Assembly (NCBI RefSeq): GCF_006345805.1
Contig: NC_043009.1
Span: forward strand, 61,442,001 to 61,506,000
Direction: 5' to 3'
From: Octopus sinensis
Lineage: Eukaryota
Length of the DNA stretch: 64,000 bases
Shown: piece after piece, positions 11,364-24,510 of the stretch
Layout of the letters: each line of letters begins with the position of its first letter
Numbering within the stretch: position 1 is the first letter of the stretch
Translations under genes and position numbers: made by a program
Notes under the pieces: model-generated
Seen by the model: only the letters and a program-made list of their open reading frames with translations
Told to the model about the DNA's origin: nothing
Database searches by the model: none

Positions 11364-14300
11364 GTAAGTTGTAATTTGTTACTCCGACGGAGATAAGTTT
11401 AGCGTAAATCGTATGCAAATTAGGTCACTGCCTTCCTCCACCTCTCTGGCAAGTGGCAAAATTGGATGTCGTGCTTTTTTTTTAATTTTATTTTGCTTTT
11501 TTACTTTATATTTCACATCAGAATGGGCAGAACCTTTTTTTTTTTTTTTTCCTACCCTTAAATACTCTCTTTTTTATTTACACCTTTTACACTCGAAGCC
11601 TTTAATAATTCTATCATTTTAGGCCCCTGAAAATCGTGTGGAATTTGGCGGTGTTTATTTTTCTTCGCTTCTCTCACTAGTTTTTCCGTCTCTGCCAGGG
11701 AGGGTCTGACTCTGTAGTTTTCTAACACAAAAATATACCTTCTGCTCTTTTCCTTTTCGTTTCGAATGTTTCCCTTTAAACTGGCTTTATGTGGATCTAT
11801 TTCATAAAGCGATCGATGCTTTTCCCTGTCTATTTATCTCTACTCTTATCTCGGCAGTCAGTTCTAGCCACTTCAGGCCATTGTCAGATCTACATAGACT
11901 TATATATATAAACATATTATCCGAGTGATTATTTCCTTCTTTATCATGGGACATCCTGAACTGTCTCTACCCATCGAACTGGCGCCTAATCTGTCATACC
12001 ACGCACACCAACTTCTCCCTACTTTCTAACATCATACCCACACACTTCAGATGGGCAGAAATAACACAGCCAAGATCCCTAAACCTAGATTTATTACCAT
12101 TCTCTACATATATCTTCCCTCTTTTCAATTTATATAAATTTAATTAAGAAAAATACGCAGTTTTTCCTCCGTCCATTTAGCGCTGCAGATTGAGTAAGCT
12201 GCTTAATGAAGGGGCTCATACATGGAACCCTGTAGAATAAAGGGGTTCTCTTGTGATTAAACACATGTAACTTGTATAAACACAACTTTTACTTCCTCTT
12301 AATTAATATATACAATGGCTGTTTATTGCCTCCGTTCTCTGATTAGACATTCATTAATTCTCCTTTTCGCGATATTCAGTTTTCTGCTGGAGATTTCCAC
12401 GTGTAAATATTTATAATTAAGGGGGGACATAGTGGCGCGCACTCCCTAATATTTTTTCCCTCCCAACTTTCCAAGGCGGGTGGGACAGGGGAAGAAGTGC
12501 TTTATGTGGAGTTTTTGCTGGTTGCTCGTATATTTTCAATCTCGTTTCTTCAACTCTGCCCCGATATTTTTTCTCACACACCTCTTTCGCTCTTTCTCCG
12601 CTTTTTTCATTACATTTCATGTTTAACAAACCCGATTCAACTTCTTTACATTTCTGTAATACGATTTTTTTTTTTATTTCCTGGATCTCTATCCACGATG
12701 ATGATAGTTGCGTGTGTATATATAATATATATGTATATTTAATTTCCCGATCCTACATCGCTCCGTTATTGTTGTGGTATGAGGTGTGATATTAACATTT
12801 ATGTTTATTGTTTCGACCTAAGATTTCAGTTCTTAGGAAATATTCTTCCACCTGCATTGTAGGAGTCTTTAGGAAGGGCATGAATTTCACAACCCTGTAG
12901 CTTCCGAAAAATCTCCGACTTGGTGTGTAAGTCAGTCGCCAATTCAACTTCCTCCTTAGTTGTAATGTTGTTCTTTCCTCAACAGAGGAGCCCGCCTACT
13001 CTTCCACTGAACCTATTGTTGACATATATCGCGTGTTAGGCAGGGAAACATGGGTTCCCTCTTCTATAATTTTTAGATTTTTTTTCTTCCTTTCATACAA
13101 AATCTCCATACAAAGTTACAATTCGGAATACATTTCTGCGATTAAATCTAACATTTATTTATTGAAGCATTTGATTGAGCGTGTGTGTGTATATGAAATA
13201 GTTTTTGTAATAAGCATATAAGCTTGTTAAATTCAAAGACGTTAATTCTAATCATTACTTCGCTTTATCTAATTAAGGCTTTTTGCTTTTTAGGCTGTTA
13301 ACGGAATTTAATTATGTATATGAATGTGCTTATAGATTTGATGGGGGGTCTATTTAATATATATATACACTCACATTCAATACATCCCCCATCAAATCTA
13401 TATACACATCCGGCATATACTGTTGGTAATAAACATTAGTTTGTTTTATGCATTTATGGTTACCTTTTTACTATTTAAAGCTCTTAATAAATTTTAGCTA
13501 TAATTTCACAAGATGTCTTTTTTGGCAAATCCTTTTGATATTAGGTATAATAATGTGTCTCTTATTTTCGGAATAACTTTGCTATCCACACACTTACAAA
13601 TCCGAGTTTTTGATAGCTGGATTTCACTGTGGGTTTCAGTGGAGGTTTCTCTCGCTATTGTTGATGCTTTTATAACACTGCACAACCATTGTCGTGTTTT
13701 GTCTCTTGACGAAATTGTTTTGGTTGTGTCGCCTATTCACACGTGGCTGGAACAATCTGAAAACTATTATTTATATATGTGTATATATATATATATATAT
13801 ATTTAAAACCCATTTAACTCTTGATATATTCTGTGTAAGTCGGACTATTTTATATCCGTATACATGTACATCTCTGTATTAAATGTATTTAATATTGCGT
13901 GTAAATCGACTTGCCTAACTTGCTCGTCCTTCCATTTACTCCTATAAATCCTTAAAAATGTTTTAGCCCGAAGGCCGCGGCCATGCTGGGGCACCACCAT
14001 ATTATATGTATGTGTGGATAGCTGGGTTGTGGCGCTTATATAAGAGGGGCTCGTTTTCATTGAATGATTTTTAGCTCGAGATATATTCAACCATCATCTT
14101 ATCTGAATACCTTATGAAAACAATTCGGATCTCTTAAACATACCAATTACCGATCGCACGAACCTGAGCTGCCGAAGGATTAGCGGGGGGTAGCTTTTTC
14201 GTGTGTCTATCAATGGGTGTGTATGTATATGTATGTATATATATATATATATATATAATATATATATAGATAGATAGATAGATAGATATAGTATGTGTAT

Positions 14301-17300
14301 GTGCGTGTAAGGAATGTTTAATTCGACTCTATCTAGTTTAGCCTGTTCTTGTGTTATTGTTAAAGCATCGGTGCTGGTCTTTCTGTAAAACAGCAGTCGT
14401 GAGAATTCCATTGCATTTTGGAATATTTGCTTTCCTATTGCTTGTTTTTGATGAGAGAGAGAGGGAATGCTTGTTCTGTTATAAATTATCGAATTACTTT
14501 GGCTGATTCTGATGGAGCTCGGGAAGCTGATATTTTAAACAACAATGCCGTGTGTGGTGTGTGTGTGTGTATGCCTGCATGTATGTATAATATGCCTGTG
14601 TATATTTATTTATTTATGTATATATGTGTTGGAGTTTTTGTATAAGGTGGGGTGGCGTTGAAAGGTGTTTTGTTATTCCTCTTTTGCTCCCGCACATAGG
14701 TAGATAAACATGTACTCTCTCTCTCGCAGAACGAACCTAACACTATTCAGTTTGTGTATAATGTCAACATTTGGGCTTTCTTTGTTTTGCGGCAACTCTT
14801 GCACAATGTGTGATTGATGGAACGGGAATAACGGCACCGATCTTTTGTGTGAAAGGAAACCAACAAAAAATTTAAATGTATGAGAAAAAGGGGAGCTGGT
14901 GTTTAAAATGCAGAAAAATTAGAAGTGGGAATATGGATAATAAGCTCGCCAGTGATATTAATTAAGCAAGTCTGTTCATTAACTTACCACCACCTCCACC
15001 ACCCTCTTGCCCCTGTATTCTTTTCCTGTTTAAAATTCAGGCAAGAACTACACAAGAATGTCTTTATCTTTAATAAGCGCCAATACAAAGTACGTTTTGT
15101 TGACTGTTATTATTAACCAGCCCTTCGTTCTTCAACAACAATAGGGAGCTCTATGCGGTCGCTCGACCTGCTAGAAATGGTTGTCAAATCTCTCTGAAAC
15201 CCTATTCTTCTACCATCTTATCTCTTTTTTCAAAAAGGCCTTTTGTGATGTTGTAAAATGCATCGTGCTTGGTCATGGCTTGAAATGCCATCGATCATAG
15301 CTATCTCTCAATCAGGGCTGATCTGAGGCTCAACAACTCTGAATCGAAAGTTTTAATTGAAGATCATTAATTCGGTTAGTTACCATCTATTCCAGTCGTT
15401 TTTACATACACACCCACATACACTCCAGCTAATCGATTGCCCTCCCTGTTTCTTCAATCTTTAGGAATCCTTGATTTCTTGTGGAATCTTACTATATTCT
15501 GTTGTAGTTGTAAAGAATCTCATATTCTTATGGTGTGACGGATACATTGAAGATATTATTTGGGGTATAATCTGGGTGTTCCTTAGCTCCACGTCAACGC
15601 TGGTCGAGTAAAACCTATGGTCAGATGTGTTCCAATCGTGGTCTGTTTGCTACCGAGTCGAGTAACCCTTATAGATGCTTCCTCGTTCACTGGTGTACTG
15701 TATCGTTGTGTGATGTGGTACGGTGTTGTTTAATTAGTCCCAGATCGTTACCAATCCATCAGAGCTATGCTCAAAGACATTCCAATCATGACCAACCAAC
15801 CGTTCTATTCAAATAGTATTTAAGATGACATTGTTTTTGAGACAGTTTGAGATTTTGCGGCTGATTCCTACAGGCCAAGTGACCACGTTGGTTCGTGGTA
15901 TCTCGCCTGGCAAGTATTAGTGGTTCTTATCAGTGAAGCGTTATATAGCATAGTACTGTACATGACATGGTCTCTGTTTATGGTTTATATACCTGTGTCT
16001 AGTTTGGAGCTACAGCTTTTTTCAGTGCCCCTATGTTAGGTATATTTTTGTTTGTTTCGTTTGCATTTGCCTGGTACCACTTTGGGGTGGACCTACGAAC
16101 ATCTGTGTGTGTGTAAGAGACTTGTGATAGACTGATGCTATTTTCAGATCCTCTCGTATATTTCGAGTTCTCAAAATAATTGTCCAATGTATGTGATGTA
16201 TATAATATAAGATTCTGTTGTAATTCCATTTGCCTTTACAATTTATACCTAGAGAATGTGCATTTCTGTACAAATAAAATACGTATTGTTTAGTTTCAAG
16301 TTAGCTCTGATTGAATAGACTTCTGTTCAAAGGTGGCCTAAATATTATTTTTTGGGGGGTTTTGTTTTCCCCCCGTCTACAACCAACTTGTTTACAATGT
16401 CCTTCCTTTGTTGAAGCGGTTTGGCTGCGATTTCTAACAGGCTGATCATTGGTTTGAGATTTGATGAGTTCTCTTATGGTGTTTTTCACTTTGAATGGTA
16501 GATCTTGTTCCCAAGACTCAATTAAATGTTCTTTAACATATTTGTACCTTGACCGGAGCTGATTTCACTTGGCTGCCATTTTTAAAACATTTTTTTTTTT
16601 AAGAAAATGATTATTTAGATGAAATGCTTCACAAAGTTTGTTTACATTTCACGTTTGTCTATAATTATTGTAAGTTTAATATCCAATCTGTTCCATTATC
16701 GTTATTGTAGGTTTAGTAAAGGGGGTGAGCTGGTAGAATAATTACAACATCATACAAAATGCCTTGCTGTGTTTGTTCCAGTTCTTTACATTTTCGGTTC
16801 ATAGAGCTTGGGAAAGATAAAGTATTGGCCAAATTACTAGTCATTGGTATCAACAAACACCTCCCCTCTGCTCAAAGCCTTGTGTCTTAAGTCGAAAACT
16901 GTTATCTAGTCTTTATTCTATTTTTCATTTAAGTCAGGACCTCTCTCGTTTAAACCTTTAAGTTAACCTATACCTATCAGTTATTCTTTATTACTTGTTT
17001 GGTGATCTCATTAAATTGTCTCTACCCATTGAGCAAAGCTTAACCATTCTCTTGTCATATGTAGTTTCAGAAACAGTTGGGGTGCCACCATCTGTACCCT
17101 GCTCTTTTGTGCATCACTCCCATTGATATACTACACTTAGTTGAACCCACGCCCATCCATACCCCCATTAGTTCCCATTTTTGTTATACATTGAAGTATA
17201 GGAAATAATTGAACAGATGTTTTCGTTGGTGCTTTGTTGTTGCTTAAATGTCCTGGTTTTATTCAATGATTCCTAACTAATTTTGTTCCTTTTAGACTCT

Positions 17301-18455
17301 TAATGTGACACACTTCAATGTTGTCGGGCTTTGTGTAAGACAGTAATCCAATTTCTTTCAGTCACCACAAACTTTTAAAACGAATCAAACTTGACCACTG
17401 CATGGTATCTTTTGTCCTTGTCTGTTGCTACATCACCCTTTAATATATTACATGCTAATCATTGTGGATGTAATTAACTTTTCTCTCATCCCTCCTGAAG
17501 CTCGACCAACCCTGCCTGTCTTCTGGTAAGTGGAATAAGTAACGATGTACTTCAGAATGCTTATAGTTTCTGTAGACATTTCATCTTTGCTGTTGATTCA
17601 AGATTAGCTTTGTTGACTTCAGAACTAACATTTGTCATTCCCTTTCTGGAATAACTAGCACTTCGTTGTGAAATAACTTCTCCCCAAAAGGGTGTGGACC
17701 AACTTTCCCCAAGGGGCGGGCACCTAACCGGTAGCTGCAAATTAACGTCTAAACACAGAAGCACATCGCGATTTAGAAGAGTTGACTTAAAAAGTAGGTG
17801 GCCCTGAAACACCAAAAACGAAATACAGACTGAGTTGTTGTGGAATTCTGCTTTGGGCTTTGATCCCACTGTGCAGTAAGTACCTTGTGTAAGTATCTTC
17901 TGCAATAGCCTCAGAAGTAAGATGGAAACTGAGGGAGCTCTTTGACCTGAATGTTCTTGTTTTTGGGTGTCACACCATCACAGCCAATGTAATAGTCCAT
18001 TCTTAACCAATGATATTTCTAAAGATATGTTAGTTAAAAATTAAAAATAAAAACTGTTGTTTCATTGTTTTAATATGGCAGCTTGTTGTCTATATTGATA
18101 GATCTTTTTTCCATAGCTTATTATCTTTGCAACAGTGTCATTGAGCAAGTTTCTTTGTTTTTTTTTTCATGATAATATTGGGTTTCCTAGACTAGGAAAG
18201 AGAGGTGATTTGGAAATGTGATGTTTGGTTTAAATTGTTACAAGTTCCTGGTTGGCAGAAAACATTTACAAAAAAAGGTTCCAAGTAGATGTAGCTTTAA
18301 GTTAAGATAAAGGTGAGATGGAGTGAGGAAGAGGATATCAACAGGTATGAGTGGTATACAGTCAACTAATTCAAGAGAAACAGATCCTGTTGACCAAAAC
18401 AGAAGACCTTATTAATGATGTCACTTGAACCATCAACTTCCTTAATTTACATTGT

Positions 18456-18674
18456 TTAACCCTTTTAACATTCAGATTACTCTGTAATGCTAATTTATTT
18501 ACATCATTTGAAATTAATTATGCATAATCTCATAGCTTTGAGGTTTCAGACAATGTTTATTTTTTTAGAATGTCAATGTAGGGTACATGTGAGAGGGTAG
18601 ATATGACCTGTTTAAATATAAAACTGGTAGAATATATTGGCTGGATGTGGTTGGTTTAAATGGTAAAGGGTTAA
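18456..18674. mobile_element. TTAA-flanked MITE (CCC...GGG ends, piggyBac-like)
   Basis: ttaa|ccctttt ... aaaggg|ttaa. Confidence 0.75.
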
Positions 18675-18923
18675 TATTGTTCCCACACACCTGCACTCAC
18701 ATTTATAATTTGCATTTTTTTAAGTCAATTCAAGGATCTATTGAATGGAGAGGAGATGTGTCTCTTCTATGATAGTAGTGATTGTATATAAAAGGTAATA
18801 AGTCTTGTATGCAACATCGCTTCGGTTAACGTGTATTGAAGTTTGATAATGGAAAACAATGAACACCTTCCTCCTCACCCACCTTACTTACAGTCTTTAC
18901 AGGTGATATAATTGACTGGGTGT

Positions 18924-19320
18924 GGCGGCGAACTGGTAGAATTGTTAGCACGCCGGGCGAAATGCGTAGCCGTATTTCGTCTGCCGTTACGTTCTGAGTT
19001 CAAATTCTGCCGAGGTCGACTTTGCCTTTCATCCTTTCAGGGTCGATTAAATAAGTACCAGTTATATACTGGGGTCGACGTAATCAACTTAATCCGTGTG
19101 TCTGTCCTTGTTTGTCCTCTTTGTGTTTAGCCCCTTGTGGGTAGTAAAGAAATAGGTATTTTGTCTGCCGTTACATTCTGAGGTCGACTTTGCCTTTCAT
19201 TTTTTCGGGGTCGATTAAATAAGTACCAGTTACGCACTGGGGTCGATATAATCGACTTAATCTGTTTGTTTGTCCCCTCTGTGTTTAGCCCCTTGTGGGT
19301 AGTAAAGAAATATGTATTAA
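18924..19320 (+). mobile_element. tRNA-headed SINE family C with a duplicated 3' half
   Basis: ggcggcgaactggtagaat head, gagttcaaattc B box; segment gtcgactttgcctttcat...aaagaaata occurs twice. Confidence 0.85.
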
Positions 19321-19662
19321 ACTACTGAATCAGAAATTCACCACAGTTGCTGTTTTGTTGTGTACTTTGGCCAGACACTGAATTTCACATGCTTCTGTTC
19401 ACATTGCCCTCAGGAATGGGCAGTAGATTTTTGAATGTCACCTCATGTAGACAGATCTGTTGTTTGTCCAGTTCAAGATTATTTTCTCATCTAGTTCACA
19501 TCATGAAAAGTTTAGGCTAAACTCCCACCACCAATACTAGGGATCCCAGAATATCTTCCTTTTAATTCACTCTTGTTTTCAAGTGTTGTCATATAAGTTG
19601 ATAATTTCATAATATATATATATATATCTTTCTCTTTTATCCAATCCCTCCCACTTTCTTAG

Positions 19663-19796
19663 ACAACCGGGACCAAGATTTTGCTCCTACTCGCGATATG
19701 ATGAAACATGAAGGCTATGATGACGAACGAACACTAGAAGAAGAAGAAGCTATGAGTGGAGGCAGTTGTTCTAACGAGCTTGATGAACTTCAAAAG
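19663..19796 (+). CDS. MIER1: MIER1-like exon 3 (DNRDQDFAPTRDMMKHEGYDDERTLEEEEAMSGGSCSNELDELQK)
   Basis: cttag| ... AAG|gttggt; 134 nt, phase 1 to 0; carries the MIER signature DDERTLEEEE. Confidence 0.95.
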
Positions 19797-20392
19797 GTTG
19801 GTTTGAATTTTACTTCTGGTCACTGTTGTCATTCTTTTTTCTCTACTTAATACCTTCTGTCCCCTCTAAATTCTAGCAATTTAAATGATACAAGAATAAA
19901 ACAAGAAGCAAAGACAGCATTTATTTGGAAATATTTTTTACTAATTGATTTTTATTTATTTTTTTTTTTTTAATCCTTCTCTTGTGTGTTTCATATTACC
20001 TTCTTATTTGGTATTATGATTTTTAAAGATATTTTTGTTTTGTTTTTAATTTTTTTTTTCTTTCTTTAATTTGTCTTAACTTCCTGTCCATTCTAGTTTC
20101 ACTGGTTGTGTTATCTCTTCCATACCTTTCACAATATCTGTACTGATTTCTTCTTCGCTAGTCATCACCACTTCCTTGGGAAGGCGGAGCTTCTCTTTCT
20201 TTCTCTCTCTCTCTCTCTCATACACATTCATTCATTCGTTCTTTCTTTCTTCTCTTCACACACACCAAGTAAAACAACAATTCAGTGAAGTTAGACAACA
20301 TCCAGTTCTCTGTATTTACATGTCAGTTAAATTATATAATGACTGTAGATTGGTTGGTTCGGTTCATGCCTGTGTGAGTATGTGTACATACA

Positions 20393-20445
<53 letters not shown>

Positions 20446-23400
20446 GCGCGCACATTCACACACACGTAATGCAGAGCCAAATGTCATACTGTTTATAGAG
20501 CATGCCTTCAGATAAATGTCTATCTTTTGATTTGTATTTTTGTTTGTTGGGGAGGGGTGGTTATTGACCTCTTCTTTTCGCTTGGAAATTTCGGGGTCGT
20601 GTGTGTCTGTGTGTATACATGTGCATGTTCTTGTATCGCAAGATAAATTTGGTTCTATCAATCGTGTAACAAAATATGGTCTCAGCCTCTCTATAAAGTG
20701 CCAAACATCCACAGTTGGTTATCTCACTTTTTCTAATTTGTTCAACTGCTACTCGTGTATGCGTGTCGTGATCTTAATACATCCTTGCATTTCTTCAGTT
20801 CTTCAAATCCGCAGTCAGCCATTTCCAGTTTTTAATATTTTATTGGAATTACCTAAGCTTATATGACTTGCTAGACATAATTACCATGTTGTATGCTTAG
20901 AACAAGTCAGGTTTGAACTGCAACAGATATTCCTACAGGCTCAGGAACAAAGGGTGAAGTGGGTCCAAGCACACCTGCTAACATTTAGGCAGTGAAAGGG
21001 AAAGTGCTTTGAACATCCTCCTGGAAAACTGGGTTTGCACTCCCTTAGCAAATTTCACTCCCCACACATACAGGCATTCCCCTTATTCAAAAGAAGTTTT
21101 TAATTCAACAATGCATGTTGATACATTATATGATGCCTCTGTTTGCAAATAAACCGACTTGACCATTGAAGGTTAAGTCTTAGAGATGAATTAAGAAGAG
21201 CGGTGCTAGTGTTTTGTTACAATTTGTTATGGCTGCACACCTGTGTACCACATGCACACACATGAAGCAGGATCTATGTAAAATGTAAGAATGTTTCATA
21301 GATACACTAGGAATACATTGTTGTTGCTTAACCCCAGGCCTGTAATCAAAGTTGTTCCAGCCTTGACCATCAAGTCTTTTCAGATGTGGCTCATTTAAGT
21401 CTTCGTTGTTGAATATGTCTGTCCATTTTTAAGATGGTAGGATGTGATTTGAGGGTGATTTGGCCACTGTTTTTAGCAGGTTTAGTGACCACATTGAGAA
21501 TTCTTTGTTGGATCATGTAACATCAGTTAATATATTTAGTGTATGTTAAGGCAACGAACTGGCAGAATCATTAGAATGTCAGGCAAAATGCTTAGCAGCA
21601 TTTCATTCAGCTTTGTTCTGAGTTCAAATTTCACCAAGATCCACTTTGCCTTTCAACCTTTCAGAGTTGATAAAATAAGTACCAGTTAAGCACTGGGGTT
21701 GATGTAATCTGCTAGCCCCTCCCACAAAATGTAATATACCAGAAGTACTGGTTAGATCACCATAACACTTGGAACTGTATTAGTTTATCACCTACTGATT
21801 GAAGACAAGAAGAGATGTAGGGCTGTATTTACATCTCCACAAAACTTTTATTTTGTGTCTTTATGCTACTATCTTTTATATCTGAATTATGTTTGATTAA
21901 GCCTTCATTCTGATGTGTCTTAACTGTTCACAGAAGAATGATTAAACATTGCTCACAGCTTGGTTTACCTAAAATTACTACCAGACACAACATATATATA
22001 TATTCCTCAGTCAAATCATCCAACCCATGCTAGCATGGAAAGCGGACATTAAATAACGAGATAGATATATATATATATATATATATATATAGATACATCT
22101 GTGTGTGTGTGTGTATGAGATAGTTTGGGTCAGTTTAAAACATTGATCTCCAGTCTTCAACATTTCAACATGCACCAGAGTTGTATGTGATGGGGAAGTG
22201 TGACAAACCAAAGGATATGGTGTTGTGCTTCATGAGATCAAATCCATTTCAGCTATTTCCCTGTTCCTGATCAAACTCACAAAAAATCTACATTGTTTTC
22301 TTTGTGTAGTGATTTAGGAATCAGTATGAAAGTCTTCTTTGATTGTTGGCTGTAATAAGCTGGTGTCCTATCTAAAGAGGGATTTATTTCTGATCTACTC
22401 AATATTGTCGAGTCCCACTTGCACAAAGTACTCGCCTTTATCACGTCATCATGTGACTGGCCAACTATCAGTTGTTACATATCACTGGTCACAATATGCT
22501 TTGCGTCATTTTAGTCTTTGATTGACTCCACCCTGCTGGCTAGGTGTGCTGGAGCAACATGAAATGAAGTGTTTTGCTCAAGAACACGTGTCACCCAGTC
22601 TGGGGATCAAACACACAGTCTAGTGATTGTGAGTGTGACTCCCTAATCACTAGGCCCCATGCCTTCACATGTTTTTATACATTCTAGAAATCTCTGTTGC
22701 ATCTCCATCACTAATACTCTTTAGAAAAGCATGTCAAATTTGATTATTGTTTCTTTTTTTAACTATGGTGTATGTCTGTGTCTAGAAGCCTGTCTGCATG
22801 ATAGATTTAGTGCCCACACTGTCACTGTAAACATTTAAAGTTTTTTAAACTTTATTAATATTCATTTTTAGTTGATTTTCTTTTTGTCTTGATTGTAATA
22901 AACCTTATTAACCCTTAATCACTGGTATGGTACATGTGAAGTCATTAATCTAATCTATTTTTCTTTGACAACTGACTCTTGATATGTAAGCATTTTATTT
23001 TGGGTTTCTTTTTTTTTTTATGATTTAAAGCTTTATTTATAAATGTGTGTGGTATGTGTGTATTTCATTTAATTAATTAACTTGTCATAAATGATAGAGA
23101 AACCAGAAGTATGTTGGATTGTTATTAAACTAAATACCCCTCCCCCTTGTCCCTTCTTGGATTCATTCTGTATTGTTCTACACACAGAAACATACAGGCA
23201 GCTGTGGTGTTATATTAAATTTAGGGTACACATGACACAAACATTTTAAGGTAACAAGCACTATCATGATCTTAACATTCAAGTATGAGTAAGATATTAT
23301 AGCATTGTATATATTTCCAGATAAATTGCATATAAATATGTGTAATTTAAACATCTATTGAATGTAACACATTTTGATTGATCTAATCTAAGGCATAATC

Positions 23401-24269
23401 CCCGCCCAAAGTGCTCAATAAATGGTTAACAGTAAGGTAAGATATTTAGGGCGATGACATTAGTTGACCTGATAAATATGAAACTGAGTCAGAAAACAAT
23501 CATGAAAATAGCTATTTGAGGCAGAGCCTGATTCTGCTGGCTCAAACTGAAATCCCAGCTTCAACAAACAAGAGGGTGATGAGAGCATAATACATTGCAA
23601 ACCCAAACAGGGCCTTTGATTAGCTTTGTTTTGAATGAATTGAGGCTTAAAAACAGATGGAAAATCCTGTAGGATTTGCTACTCTTTGTGTTATGGTAAA
23701 AAAATACCTCCTAAAACAGTAGCTGACACAAGAGTCACACCTGTTGTAGTGGGAGGAGGAGGAAAATCATCACACCTGTTTTGTTATGTATTTCAACAGA
23801 AAATTTTAATTCTACACAGATCTATCTGCTGCCAATGGATACAAGATCTTGGATGGATTGGCACCCAATCCAGTAGATGTATGTTTGATCTCATCTACAT
23901 TATAATGCAAAACTGCTTGAAATGGTCAATTGTCTGATTTGTGTTCTGTCAATTTATTTTCTAGACCAAACCCACCACCCCATCCTCTTAATTGCAATGA
24001 TTAGTGTTCACAATTTAATGATAAATGAACTTTTTTTTTTTAAAGTAAATATTCTCTTATCACTAAAATTAGTTCAGATCTTGTTCATTTCTAGGATCAG
24101 GTGACTATCCTATAGAAATTTTGATTATAATTCTTTTATTCCACCTGCCACACTTTACCCAATGTCGCATACTGCCACCCTGGAAACTGCTATAATTTGA
24201 GATGATATTTGGTTTCAAATAGAAATTTCTGAACCCTTGAGTTATATTATAAATTTAGCTGAATACTGA

Positions 24270-24510
24270 CAAGTAACTCTAACAAAACTATGTTATAGTT
24301 TGCTTACTGGATAACACTCAGCACAGTTGATTTAATTAGACATTTAACAGTAACACATTCACACCACACAGTTAACTGGCTGTTTGACGATAACACACCA
24401 ACACCATTTTGTTTACTAATAGGATGTTTGATGGTAACACACCTATTACTTAACTCACTAACTGGATGTTTGACAGCAATACATCTAATGTACCAGTTGT
24501 TAGTGGATTT
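24270..24510. repeat. Degenerate minisatellite, about 45-bp unit (ctggatgtttgatggtaacacac)
   Basis: Four to five imperfect tandem copies. Confidence 0.6.

Noticed and set aside
15600-16600. Possible decayed PLE (TYIGQ) or mariner end (tacgagaggatctgaaaa)
   Set aside because: Signals conflict and are too degraded to call.
17561-17905. 114-aa minus-strand ORF
   Set aside because: No recognisable domain; antisense within an intron.
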